This document shows positions 19,010-27,957 of a DNA stretch of 64,000 bases, in pieces. Position 1 is the first letter of the stretch. Each line of letters opens with the position of its first letter. The translations under genes were made by a program, and so were the position numbers. This stretch comes from Bacteroidetes bacterium GWF2_29_10 (GTDB lineage Bacteria > Bacteroidota > Bacteroidia > Bacteroidales > GWE2-29-8), in the NCBI GenBank assembly GCA_001768555.1, contig MEOD01000084.1, positions 175-64,174 of the forward strand, in the 5' to 3' direction. The notes below the pieces were generated by a model. The model was given only the letters and a program-made list of their open reading frames with translations. It had not been told where the DNA came from and ran no database searches.

Positions 19010-20230
19010 CTATACGATTTCTTCTTTAATCCAATTTTCGGACAATAAATCAAGCTTTATTGCTATTTCAATTGCTCGTAAAGCTCTTTTAACAACTGGG
19101 GGGTCAATCATTTTTGAACCGATAGACACTACTCCCAAACCTTTTGCTTTTGCTTCGTTAAATGCTAATACAATTTTCTTTGCCTTGTCAATATCCGATT
19201 TATCGGGAGCAAAAGATTCTTGAATAACACTTATTTGACGTGGATGGATACAACCCATACCATCAAATCCTAATGATTTAGAGTTTAAAACTGATTCCCT
19301 TAGAGCATCCATATCGCCTACATCTGAAAAAACAGAATCAATTGGTTGAATATCTGCTGCACGACAAGCATTAACTATTTGTGTTCTCGCAAAGAATGAC
19401 TCGCTTGCCTCTTCGGTTCTTTTTGTTCCCAAATCAGCAGTATAATCCTCCAAACCTATCGCTAAAGCTACTATGTTCTTTGATGATTTCGCTATTTGAT
19501 AAGCATTAATAACTCCCAAAGCACTCTCTATTATTGGCATTAACCAAACATTATTCTTTACTCCTGATTGCTTTTTTACTTTTTCTATTTCTTTTTCTAG
19601 TTCTACAATCTGATCAACACTTTCACACTTGGGAACTAGAATTAAATTAACATTATGAGGAACAACGTATTTGATATCTTCCAAACCTTGTGGTATTTGA
19701 TTTATTCTAACCATCCTTTCACAGCCATAAAAATCAACATTACGCAAAGCATTTCTAACCAAAAACCTAGCTTCTGCTTTCTTTGATGGTGCAACCGAAT
19801 CTTCCAAATCCAAAATAATTCCATCTGGCTTATGCAAGCCTGCATTTATCATTAAGTTTGGTGAATTACCTGGCAAATAAAGCCTAGAGAAACGAAAACG
19901 GTCTCTATCCGTACTATATCTGTTTTGATCTAAAAAGTCAGGTAAAAACTCTTTTTCTGAATCTAAAACCTGCTTTATTGAAGACTCTAGTCTTGCCATT
20001 ATTACATAAGGTAAGGCTCCTGAATCTTCTACTGAAACATTTGCATTCTCTATTTTATAATAATTTAACATGTCTTTAATCAACGCAATTATAGAATCAC
20101 CATAAAGAACCTTAACTTTACTCTTTAATTCAATAACAAAACCTATTGGCTTGCTACTTAATTCAATACTGATGAAACAATCTGAACGAACGCCTTTGCC
20201 CGTATTTCCTGATGTGCCAATTTTATTCAA
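19010..20230 (-). CDS. citE: Fused citrate lyase ACP (CitD-like, N-terminal) + beta subunit (CitE, citryl-ACP lyase)
   Basis: N-terminal about 90 aa: RSDC...SKVKVLYGDSI...VEDSGALPYVIMARLE; then RLYLPGN, ILDLEDSV, PIIESALG, GMGCIHPRQI. Confidence 0.85.
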   Translation of the reverse strand: MNKIGTSGNTGKGVRSDCFISIELSSKPIGFVIELKSKVKVLYGDSIIALIKDMLNYYKIENANVSVEDSGALPYVIMARLESSIKQVLDSEKEFLPDFLDQNRYSTDRDRFRFSRLYLPGNSPNLMINAGLHKPDGIILDLEDSVAPSKKAEARFLVRNALRNVDFYGCERMVRINQIPQGLEDIKYVVPHNVNLILVPKCESVDQIVELEKEIEKVKKQSGVKNNVWLMPIIESALGVINAYQIAKSSKNIVALAIGLEDYTADLGTKRTEEASESFFARTQIVNACRAADIQPIDSVFSDVGDMDALRESVLNSKSLGFDGMGCIHPRQISVIQESFAPDKSDIDKAKKIVLAFNEAKAKGLGVVSIGSKMIDPPVVKRALRAIEIAIKLDLLSENWIKEEIV

Positions 20231-20266
20231 TTTAACCTCCTTTTTTTTAAATAAAATTTAATACTA

Positions 20267-20274
20267 CAAACCTA
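20267..20274 (-). promoter_or_regulatory. -7 box TAGGTTTG for citDE-citF
   Basis: Matches TAnnTTTG about 37 nt upstream of the start. Confidence 0.5.
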
Positions 20275-20406
20275 CTGCATTTTTTTTACATGTGTAACAT
20301 TATTGAAAAATTCTTTTATTAATCCCAATGCACTTCTCTATAATAAAGCATAATTTAAAATATGGAAAAATAAATTATAAAATAAAGCTATTTAACCAAA
20401 ATAGTT

Positions 20407-20414
20407 TATATTTG
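20407..20414 (+). promoter_or_regulatory. -7 box TATATTTG for tRNA-Val
   Basis: Matches TAnnTTTG 12 nt before the tRNA 5' end. Confidence 0.6.
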
Positions 20415-20426
20415 CTCCACAAAAAA

Positions 20427-20501
20427 GGGATGTTAGCTCAGTTGGTTTAGAGCATCGCCTTGACAGGGCGGGGGTCAGCGGTTCGAATCCGTTACATCCC
20501 A
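20427..20501 (+). tRNA. trnV: tRNA-Val (GAC), CCA not encoded
   Basis: Cloverleaf: GGGATGT/ACATCCC acceptor, GCTC/GAGC D-stem, TCGCC-TTGACAG-GGCGG anticodon arm, AGCGG-TTCGAAT-CCGTT T-arm. Confidence 0.98.
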
Positions 20502-20525
20502 CTTATTATAATAAAATTAATTCCT

Positions 20526-21287
20526 TTGAAAATAACTTTTCTAGGCACAGGAACATCTCAAGGCATTCCTGTAATTGCTTGCAATTGCGAAGTTTGCCAA
20601 TCAAGTAATCTAAAAGACAAACGATTGCGATCTTCCATAATGATTGAAATTGACGAAAATATATTCATAATTGATACTGGAATGGATTTCAGGCAACAAA
20701 TGCTAAGAGAAAATGTCAAAAGCATCAATGCAATACTGGTTACTCATTCCCATAAAGACCATATCGGAGGATTAGACGAAATTAGATCGTTCAACTTCAT
20801 CCTGAAAAAAGCAATTGATGTTTATGCTAATAAATCTACAGCTAAATGTATTAAAAATGAATACAACTACGTCTTTGCTGAAATAAAATACCCAGGCGTA
20901 CCTCTAATCAATTTACATGAAATTGAAAACGAACCGTTCTTTATTAACTCAATTAAATTCACGCCTATCGAAGCTTTGCATTATAAAATGACGGTATTTG
21001 GATATCGCATAAATGATTTCACATACATTACCGATGCAAATTTCATTAGCGAAAAAGAATTAGACAAAATTAGAGGTTCTAAAGTTTTAGTAATTAGTGC
21101 ATTGCGACGAACTGAGCACGTGTCTCATTTCACATTACAACAAGCAATTGACATAATCAAAGAGATAAACCCAGCCCAAGCATATTTAACTCACATAAGC
21201 CATCAATTAGGAACATATGACACTGTAAGTGCTGAATTACCTCAAAATATATTCATGGCTTATGATGGACTAGAACTAAAAATATAA
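20526..21287 (+). CDS. MBL-fold metallo-hydrolase (PhnP-like phosphodiesterase)
   Basis: FLGTGTSQGIP, THSHKDHIGGLD (HxHxDH), THISH; TTG start at 20526 because the ORF-track start lies inside the tRNA. Confidence 0.9.
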   Translation: MKITFLGTGTSQGIPVIACNCEVCQSSNLKDKRLRSSIMIEIDENIFIIDTGMDFRQQMLRENVKSINAILVTHSHKDHIGGLDEIRSFNFILKKAIDVYANKSTAKCIKNEYNYVFAEIKYPGVPLINLHEIENEPFFINSIKFTPIEALHYKMTVFGYRINDFTYITDANFISEKELDKIRGSKVLVISALRRTEHVSHFTLQQAIDIIKEINPAQAYLTHISHQLGTYDTVSAELPQNIFMAYDGLELKI

Positions 21288-21304
21288 TTAATTAACTAAC
21301 AACA

Positions 21305-21979
21305 ATGTCTAAATTATACATAATACCAACTCCTATCGGAAACCTTGAAGACATTACATTGAGAGCTTTACGCATTCTGAAAGAAGTGGATTATATTATT
21401 GCTGAAGACACTAGAGTTACTCACAACCTGCTTAAACACTTCGAAATTACTAAAAAAATATACTCTTACCACAAATTTAACGAACATAAAGTTACCGAAA
21501 ATATAATTAACAATCTTAAAGCTGGAGCAGTTATAGGAATGGTTAGCGATGCTGGAACTCCTGCAATATCTGACCCTGGATTTTTTATCGTTAGAGAATG
21601 CATTATTAACAACATCGACGTCGAATGTCTTACCGGTCCAACAGCATTTGTTCCCGCTTTAGTGCTTTCTGGACTGCCCAATGAAAGCTTCGTTTTCGAA
21701 GGATTCTTACCCGTAAAAAAAGGACGACAAACAAAATTAACCGAACTAGCAACCGAACGCAGAACAATCGTTTTATATGAATCTCCTCACCGAATTGTCA
21801 AAACACTAGAACAAATTAAAGAATACTTTGGGCCAGAAAGACTAGTTTCTGTATCAAGAGAAATTTCTAAAATGTATGAAGAAACAGTAAGAGGGAGTAT
21901 ACAATTTGTTGCTGAAAATTTCAAAAATAGAACATCCATAAAAGGTGAATTTGTAATAACTATTAACGGAAGCAAATAA
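21305..21979 (+). CDS. rsmI: 16S rRNA (cytidine1402-2'-O)-methyltransferase
   Basis: PTPIGNLEDITLRAL, AEDTR, SDAGTPAISDPG, YESPHR. Confidence 0.97.
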   Translation: MSKLYIIPTPIGNLEDITLRALRILKEVDYIIAEDTRVTHNLLKHFEITKKIYSYHKFNEHKVTENIINNLKAGAVIGMVSDAGTPAISDPGFFIVRECIINNIDVECLTGPTAFVPALVLSGLPNESFVFEGFLPVKKGRQTKLTELATERRTIVLYESPHRIVKTLEQIKEYFGPERLVSVSREISKMYEETVRGSIQFVAENFKNRTSIKGEFVITINGSK

Positions 21980-21981
21980 TC

Positions 21982-22449
21982 ATGGAAAAAATATTATTAA
22001 ACGGTTTTATTCTCGTTATTCCTCCTTTAGTTTGGAATATTATATTTTACGGAAAGCTAATTCAAAAAGAATTCAATGACGACGAAAACGTTCCCAAAAT
22101 ATTACTATACTCCGAACACTTGTTCCGAATTTGTGTATTTGGATCTCCCTTACTATTCTCAATGTGCACACAATGTGACAATATAAGTCAAAGTTTTCTA
22201 ATATACAAAGCAGGAATAGTAATATACTTCCTGTCTTGGATACCTCTACTATACTTTCCTAATGTTAGATGGTCTAATTCATTTATTGGCATTATGGCTC
22301 CATACTTTACCCCAATAATTTGGCTTATTGGAATAGCATATATTATAAACTGGGATTGGTATTTTTTAATATCTGGCATATTTATCATCATTCACATCAT
22401 CCACGGAATGATAAGTTTCAATTATATTAACACAGGAAAGTATAATTAA
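21982..22449 (+). CDS. Hypothetical integral membrane protein
   Basis: Multiple TM segments; 2 nt downstream of rsmI. Confidence 0.65.
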   Translation: MEKILLNGFILVIPPLVWNIIFYGKLIQKEFNDDENVPKILLYSEHLFRICVFGSPLLFSMCTQCDNISQSFLIYKAGIVIYFLSWIPLLYFPNVRWSNSFIGIMAPYFTPIIWLIGIAYIINWDWYFLISGIFIIIHIIHGMISFNYINTGKYN

Positions 22450-22506
22450 AAGCAAACAATTCACAACTATTAAGAGACTTCACATCTATTCGAGGTGAAA
22501 ACTTTT

Positions 22507-23961
22507 CTACTCATTATCTAACGGAGAATTTTGTTTGCTAATTTTCAATTTGTTTTCAATATCAATTACTGCAATAATAGCAATGAATCCCCAGAATGGA
22601 GCGGATGCTTTATCTGTATCTAAAAAGTTGTTTAAAGTCCCGTGAGTAAAATATGTTATTAGTCCTAGTAATGCAGAAATTACAACTATTTTAGATGTCT
22701 TATTTTCGGTTGCGTGATATACTTTGATGCCTTTATAAATAACCAAAAAAAGAAGGATAATAACTAAAAGAGAACCAAGTACTCCTGACTCGGCTAAAGG
22801 ACCAATATATTCAGAGTGAGCGTTTCCTTTTGTTCCTGCATTAGTAGATATAATTGTCTTTTCATATTTTTTTTGAAAAGGAGCATATTCAAACTGGTAT
22901 GTGCCTGGACCATAACCTAAAAAAGGTTTTTCATGAAACATTCTAAAAGCACATTGCCAACGGTTGATTCGCTCAGTGTTAGATACGTCTGTCGTTACAT
23001 TATAAGCCGATTTAATATGCTCAAGATAATTAGATGATGAACGATTATTGTTTTTTTCAACATACATCATCACTTGGTCTTTTGTGCTTATGAAAATGCC
23101 TAAAACAGTTAGAAATAGAACAAAAATAACCCGCATTTTCACCTTGTAATACACAAGTAAAAAAACACCAAAAGCAACAACTAAACTTAGCCACGCAGCA
23201 CGGGTATATGACAGTGCAACTGCAAATAGAAAATAAATAAATAAAACAAAAACAAATCTCCTTTTTAATGGAGAAAGCTCCTTGTCAAAAATACTACCAA
23301 AGATAAATGGAGTGAACATTGCAATCATTGCGGCATAAGACGTGTGGTCGTTAAAGAATGGATGCATAACCCAATGACCTTCTATCTGTCTGAAATTGTA
23401 TAATGAATGATGTATTATTGTGTATGTTATTATGGGGATAAAACCAAATACGTAGGACCAAATAAATGTTTTAATGTTTGCCTTATTTTGAAAGAAAACA
23501 ACCGATGCAACAAAATAGAAGGCAACTATAAACCATATTCTTGATGTTAGGTATTTGAAAGATACTAATGGTATTTGACTAGTTATTGAAGTGAAAAACA
23601 TCCATAGCAAACTAAGATAAATAACAATGCTAAATGGATGTTTCAAAAAATCATACTGCAGAAAGTCCTTCTTTGCTATAAATTGGTAAATAAATATAAA
23701 CAGCACTATTATTATTAACGGCTCTGTAGGCAGAGACAACCCTAGCTTTATATCATTACTATTAAGATTAATCGACATTGGCACTAAAAACACTATAAGG
23801 TATAGCAATGTATTTAAGTGAAAAAAAGCAATATAGCTAAATAGCAAAATAAACGAAATAATCGGAACGTAATAAAACTCTAACCCAATAGATATTGAAT
23901 TAATTAGAATGAATGTTAGAGCTATAATGTAAAAGTACTTTATGTTTAAATCTTTAATCAA
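22507..23961 (-). CDS. O-antigen ligase/polymerase family membrane protein (Wzy_C)
   Basis: About 12 TMs; SYTRAAWLS, SNTERINRW, GYGPGTY, AHSEYIGPLAESG. Confidence 0.85.
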   Translation of the reverse strand: MIKDLNIKYFYIIALTFILINSISIGLEFYYVPIISFILLFSYIAFFHLNTLLYLIVFLVPMSINLNSNDIKLGLSLPTEPLIIIVLFIFIYQFIAKKDFLQYDFLKHPFSIVIYLSLLWMFFTSITSQIPLVSFKYLTSRIWFIVAFYFVASVVFFQNKANIKTFIWSYVFGFIPIITYTIIHHSLYNFRQIEGHWVMHPFFNDHTSYAAMIAMFTPFIFGSIFDKELSPLKRRFVFVLFIYFLFAVALSYTRAAWLSLVVAFGVFLLVYYKVKMRVIFVLFLTVLGIFISTKDQVMMYVEKNNNRSSSNYLEHIKSAYNVTTDVSNTERINRWQCAFRMFHEKPFLGYGPGTYQFEYAPFQKKYEKTIISTNAGTKGNAHSEYIGPLAESGVLGSLLVIILLFLVIYKGIKVYHATENKTSKIVVISALLGLITYFTHGTLNNFLDTDKASAPFWGFIAIIAVIDIENKLKISKQNSPLDNE

Positions 23962-24977
23962 TTGAGAAAAGGTTTTATTTCTTTTAAACGTTCAAATGAT
24001 AAAATACTCAATACAGCGATAATTAATGATGATATTAAAGAAACCAACACGATAAGCCATCTAACAGGGTATGTTTTTTTCTCCGCTTTGAAAGCTTTAT
24101 CAACAATAAACTTATTTGGTAAACTTTTTTCAGCATCAATTTTTGCTTCTTCATATTTTGACTTAACGTAATTTAGTTGCTTAATAAACTCCTCTTGTTT
24201 ATTCGTTAAAGAAACATAAGCACTGCCATATTCTCCTAATACTTTAATCTTTTGTTCGAGTGCATTTATTGCCTTAGTGTTATTTTTACTTATAGATATT
24301 GCTAGTTGTTCATGAAACACCTCTGATTGAGATTCATAATCATTAACGCCTAACATTCTTATCTTTGTTAAGGAATCTTCAGTTTCTTTTAAAAATGACA
24401 ATAGAGAATTGTATTGCTCTTCCATGATCTTGTAAGCTTCAATAGCTCTTTCTTTTTGCATCTTATTAGAAATTGTATCTATAAGATTTGCAATATCATT
24501 TGCAATATCAGCAGCCAGCTGAGGATCTGTGTCAAGCACTTTAATTTCTACAGACATGTACTCTGTTCTTCTAAAAGTTATATTGTTTTCATACTCTTCA
24601 TAAAGCTTTGTCATAACATAATCCGAATTAGGATTGATGTCATAATGCTTAAGCAGATTGTATTTATTGATAACTTTTTCTTTTATCTGATATGAGTTAA
24701 GTATTTGCATAAGTTGGTCTGCACGTTCTTCATCTCCAAACTCCATAATATTTTGTTTCGAACCTGGATTCTCTGACAATAATGCTCTCGAAATGGAGTT
24801 TGACAATGTTGGAAAAACAATTACAGTTGACTTATACTTTGGTTTTATAAACCATGGCGAAGAAAATAAAGCTGACAAAACAACTGCACTAACAGCAACT
24901 ATAGCAAGGTGTTTCCTCCATCTATAAAGAAATATAATAATGTTAGAAGAATCAAATACTGACTGGTTTTTTTCCAT
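23958..24977 (-). CDS. wzz: Wzz-like polysaccharide chain-length determinant
   Basis: N- and C-terminal TM helices flanking a coiled-coil periplasmic region; PKYKSTVIVFP. Confidence 0.8.
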   Translation of the reverse strand: MEKNQSVFDSSNIIIFLYRWRKHLAIVAVSAVVLSALFSSPWFIKPKYKSTVIVFPTLSNSISRALLSENPGSKQNIMEFGDEERADQLMQILNSYQIKEKVINKYNLLKHYDINPNSDYVMTKLYEEYENNITFRRTEYMSVEIKVLDTDPQLAADIANDIANLIDTISNKMQKERAIEAYKIMEEQYNSLLSFLKETEDSLTKIRMLGVNDYESQSEVFHEQLAISISKNNTKAINALEQKIKVLGEYGSAYVSLTNKQEEFIKQLNYVKSKYEEAKIDAEKSLPNKFIVDKAFKAEKKTYPVRWLIVLVSLISSLIIAVLSILSFERLKEIKPFLN

Positions 24978-25031
24978 TAAATTGCTTTTTTATAAACTAT
25001 AAAATAGTTATCTTAATTGTTAATTTATTTA

Positions 25032-25544
25032 TTAATTTACTTTATGAGCAAACTTAACTTGCTTTAGTTCTTCATTAGCCTTAACGACTTTTTGTGCAAG
25101 ATTATTTTTATAAGTAGTCATCTTATTGAAAATACTTTGATCAATAAGAGCTAATATCTGTATTGCAAGTAAAGCTGCATTACCTGCTCCATTAAGAGCA
25201 ACTGTTGCTACTGGAATACCTTGAGGCATTTGTAAAATTGACAAAATAGAATCTAAACCTTCTATAGAGTTGGACGACTTAATAGGAACTCCGATTACAG
25301 GCAAAGTTGTTGAAGCTGCAATAACGCCAGGCAAATGCGCAGCGCCTCCTGCAGCAGCAATTATTACTCTAATACCATTAGAATAAGCATTCTTTGCAAA
25401 ATCAGCAACTAATTCAGGGGTGCGATGTGCAGATAAAGCATTAATTTCAAAAGGAATTTCAAACTCATCAAGAATTTTAGCAGCAGCTTCCATTATAGGC
25501 ATATCTGATGTGCTGCCCATGATTATACTAACAAGAGGTTTCAT
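25032..25544 (-). CDS. purE: N5-carboxyaminoimidazole ribonucleotide mutase
   Basis: IIMGSTSD, SAHRTP, AGGAAHLPG, MPQGIPVATV. Confidence 0.98.
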   Translation of the reverse strand: MKPLVSIIMGSTSDMPIMEAAAKILDEFEIPFEINALSAHRTPELVADFAKNAYSNGIRVIIAAAGGAAHLPGVIAASTTLPVIGVPIKSSNSIEGLDSILSILQMPQGIPVATVALNGAGNAALLAIQILALIDQSIFNKMTTYKNNLAQKVVKANEELKQVKFAHKVN

Positions 25545-25562
25545 TTTATTTCTTACTTTTAT

Positions 25563-25955
25563 TTATAAATTAAGGCACAAAGATATATTATTAGGGGAAA
25601 TATTAATGTCAAAAAGTTGCTTTTTCTTCTTTCTATTTAAAATATTATCATTATAGCTTAATAACTTCCCCGCTTTTCTTATTCTAACGTATGCTTTAAC
25701 ATAATAAAATGCACCTGCTCCTATAAATCCATAACCAATTCCTTTTATAGTGTTTTCAGAATTAGGACTTTTTAGTTTGAAATCAGCAATAACGATAAAG
25801 GTTCCCAATGTCTGCAATGCTAAACCTGTTATAGCATTATCTCCAGCTAACATAAGATTCTGTCCAGGCTTATTAATTCGTTCGCTTTTTCTGCCACTCT
25901 GTGAATAAAGGCTAACGCTAAATAATGTTATTATAACAATTAAATAAAATTTCAT
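25563..25955 (-). CDS. Hypothetical exported/membrane protein
   Basis: Signal-peptide-like N-terminus; TATATTTG box at 26009-26016 upstream. Confidence 0.6.
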   Translation of the reverse strand: MKFYLIVIITLFSVSLYSQSGRKSERINKPGQNLMLAGDNAITGLALQTLGTFIVIADFKLKSPNSENTIKGIGYGFIGAGAFYYVKAYVRIRKAGKLLSYNDNILNRKKKKQLFDINISPNNISLCLNL

Positions 25956-26171
25956 ACCGTTCTTTATTTATTAATGATATAAATCTATTATACCCAAATT
26001 TTTCATTGCAAATATAATAATTATTTAAACAATTTGAATTTTACTAAATATGAAGACTTTAATTATTGAATAAAAAATATTATAATAGAGTATTGATAAA
26101 AAAGAATAATTTTGCATAATTAGCGTTTAAATTTTAAGTTATTATTTAGGGAACAATTACAAGAAAAATTA

Positions 26172-27230
26172 ATGAACTTGTTTTTAAAAATATTTTTATT
26201 ATTCTTTTTTATAGAATTAGCATCCGTAGTAAATGCTCAAAACAACGGAGAAGCTGTATTTAATTTTTCACGTCTCCCATTCTCCGCAAGAAATACATCT
26301 TTAGGTGGCGATATTATTGCAATAAATGATAACGATATATCTCTTGCTTCAATAAATCCATCATTAATAAATGAGAATATTTCAGGGCATATTAACTTAA
26401 ACTATACAAAGTATTTTGCAGGAATAAACATTGGTGACGTTTCTTATTCAAAACATTTTAACAATATTGGTAGCTTTCTTGCTAACGTTAAATATATTAA
26501 TTATGGGACTTTCGATGAAACTGATTATACTGGCTTGTCAATAGGAGAGTTTTATGCTTCAGATTATATGTTTTCAATTGCTTATGCAAAGCAATTAGAT
26601 TCAATGTTTTCGTTAGGGGCAAAAGGCAATGTAATCTATTCAGTTATAGATAAGCAAAAGGCAGTAGGAATTACAGCTGATGTTGGCGTTTCATATTATA
26701 ATAAGGCAAAAGATTTATGCGCCTCAATATTACTTAGAAATTATGGAAGAGAACTAAAATCATATTATGATAGTCAAGAAAAGGATAAAATAAAATATGA
26801 TTTTGAAGCAGGAGTTTCAAAAAGATTAAAACATACACCATTCCGATTTTCTATAACTTATAACAATATGCAGAAGTTTGATTTGTGGGATGGTTTAATA
26901 CAAGACACTAGCGAAGTAAATATTCTAACAGGCGAAACTATAGCTCCAAAAAAAATTACCACAACTGAAAAAACTCTCAGACATATTGTTTTGGGAACAG
27001 AATTAATATTTTCTAAAAACTTTTCTATTCGTGTTGGCTATAATCACAATAGAAGACAATCAATGCGCATTGATACAAAGTCTGGAATATTAGGATTTAG
27101 CTGGGGTTTTGGATTTAAAATAAAGAAAATAAAAATAGAGTACTCAAGTTCAAAGTATCATTTTGGAGGTAATCTTAATACTTTTTCTATTACAGCAAAT
27201 ATTAGTGATTTTGTAAAGAAACCTAAATAA
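26172..27230 (+). CDS. porQ: T9SS outer-membrane beta-barrel PorQ (PorV family)
   Basis: Signal peptide; GEAVFNFSRLPFSARNTSLGG, INPSLIN, RVGYNHNRR, FSWGFG; TAATTTTG box at 26107-26114. Confidence 0.75.
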   Translation: MNLFLKIFLLFFFIELASVVNAQNNGEAVFNFSRLPFSARNTSLGGDIIAINDNDISLASINPSLINENISGHINLNYTKYFAGINIGDVSYSKHFNNIGSFLANVKYINYGTFDETDYTGLSIGEFYASDYMFSIAYAKQLDSMFSLGAKGNVIYSVIDKQKAVGITADVGVSYYNKAKDLCASILLRNYGRELKSYYDSQEKDKIKYDFEAGVSKRLKHTPFRFSITYNNMQKFDLWDGLIQDTSEVNILTGETIAPKKITTTEKTLRHIVLGTELIFSKNFSIRVGYNHNRRQSMRIDTKSGILGFSWGFGFKIKKIKIEYSSSKYHFGGNLNTFSITANISDFVKKPK

Positions 27231-27241
27231 AATAAAAACAA

Positions 27242-27937
27242 ATGGAAGCAATACATGTAGTTATAGATGATATTGGTTTAATTTCATATAGTGATGCATA
27301 TCAATATCAAGAAAATATTTTCAACAATGCAATAAAGAAAAAAATAAACAAACTTACAGACAACAATGAGAATGTGTTTATATTATGTGAGCATACGCAT
27401 GTCTATACTCTTGGGAAAAGTGGTTCAGAGCAAAATATGCTTTTAAATTACATTCAGCTTCAAGCAAAAAATGCTGAGTTTGTCAAAACAACACGAGGGG
27501 GCGATATTACTTACCATGGACCTGGGCAAATTGTAGGATATCCAATAATAGACTTGGAAGTTTTTGGTTTTTCCGTGAAAGGTTATGTTCATAACATTGA
27601 AGAGGTAATCATAAAAACATTAAAAGATTTCAATATTGAATCAACAAGACTGGAAGGTGCTACTGGTGTGTGGCTTGATATTGATAAACCTGGGAAAACC
27701 CGCAAAATATGTGCAATAGGAATTAGAGTTAGCAGAGGTATAACAATGCACGGATTTGCATTTAATGTAAATACAGACTTAAATTATTTCAATCATATCA
27801 ATCCTTGTGGGTTTACAGACAAAGGGGTTACCTCCATTAGTAAAGAACTAGGTGAAGTTATTGACATAAATCTGGTGAAAAAGCATTTAATAAGGCATTT
27901 TGGAGAAATTTTCAAATGTGCTATACTTCCTAAATAA
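27242..27937 (+). CDS. lipB: Lipoyl(octanoyl) transferase
   Basis: CEHTHVYTLG, RGGDITYHGPGQIVGYPI, RKICAIG, HGFAFN, INPCG. Confidence 0.97.
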   Translation: MEAIHVVIDDIGLISYSDAYQYQENIFNNAIKKKINKLTDNNENVFILCEHTHVYTLGKSGSEQNMLLNYIQLQAKNAEFVKTTRGGDITYHGPGQIVGYPIIDLEVFGFSVKGYVHNIEEVIIKTLKDFNIESTRLEGATGVWLDIDKPGKTRKICAIGIRVSRGITMHGFAFNVNTDLNYFNHINPCGFTDKGVTSISKELGEVIDINLVKKHLIRHFGEIFKCAILPK

Positions 27938-27957
27938 TTGTTTACAGGTTCAACAAT

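Noticed and set aside
20427-20501. tRNA-Val as an integration site
   Set aside because: I saw no duplicate of its 3' end in the window, and the flanking genes are housekeeping
20460-20525. ORF-track N-terminal extension of the MBL hydrolase
   Set aside because: It overlaps tRNA-Val; the family N-terminus begins at TTG 20526 (LKITFLGTG)
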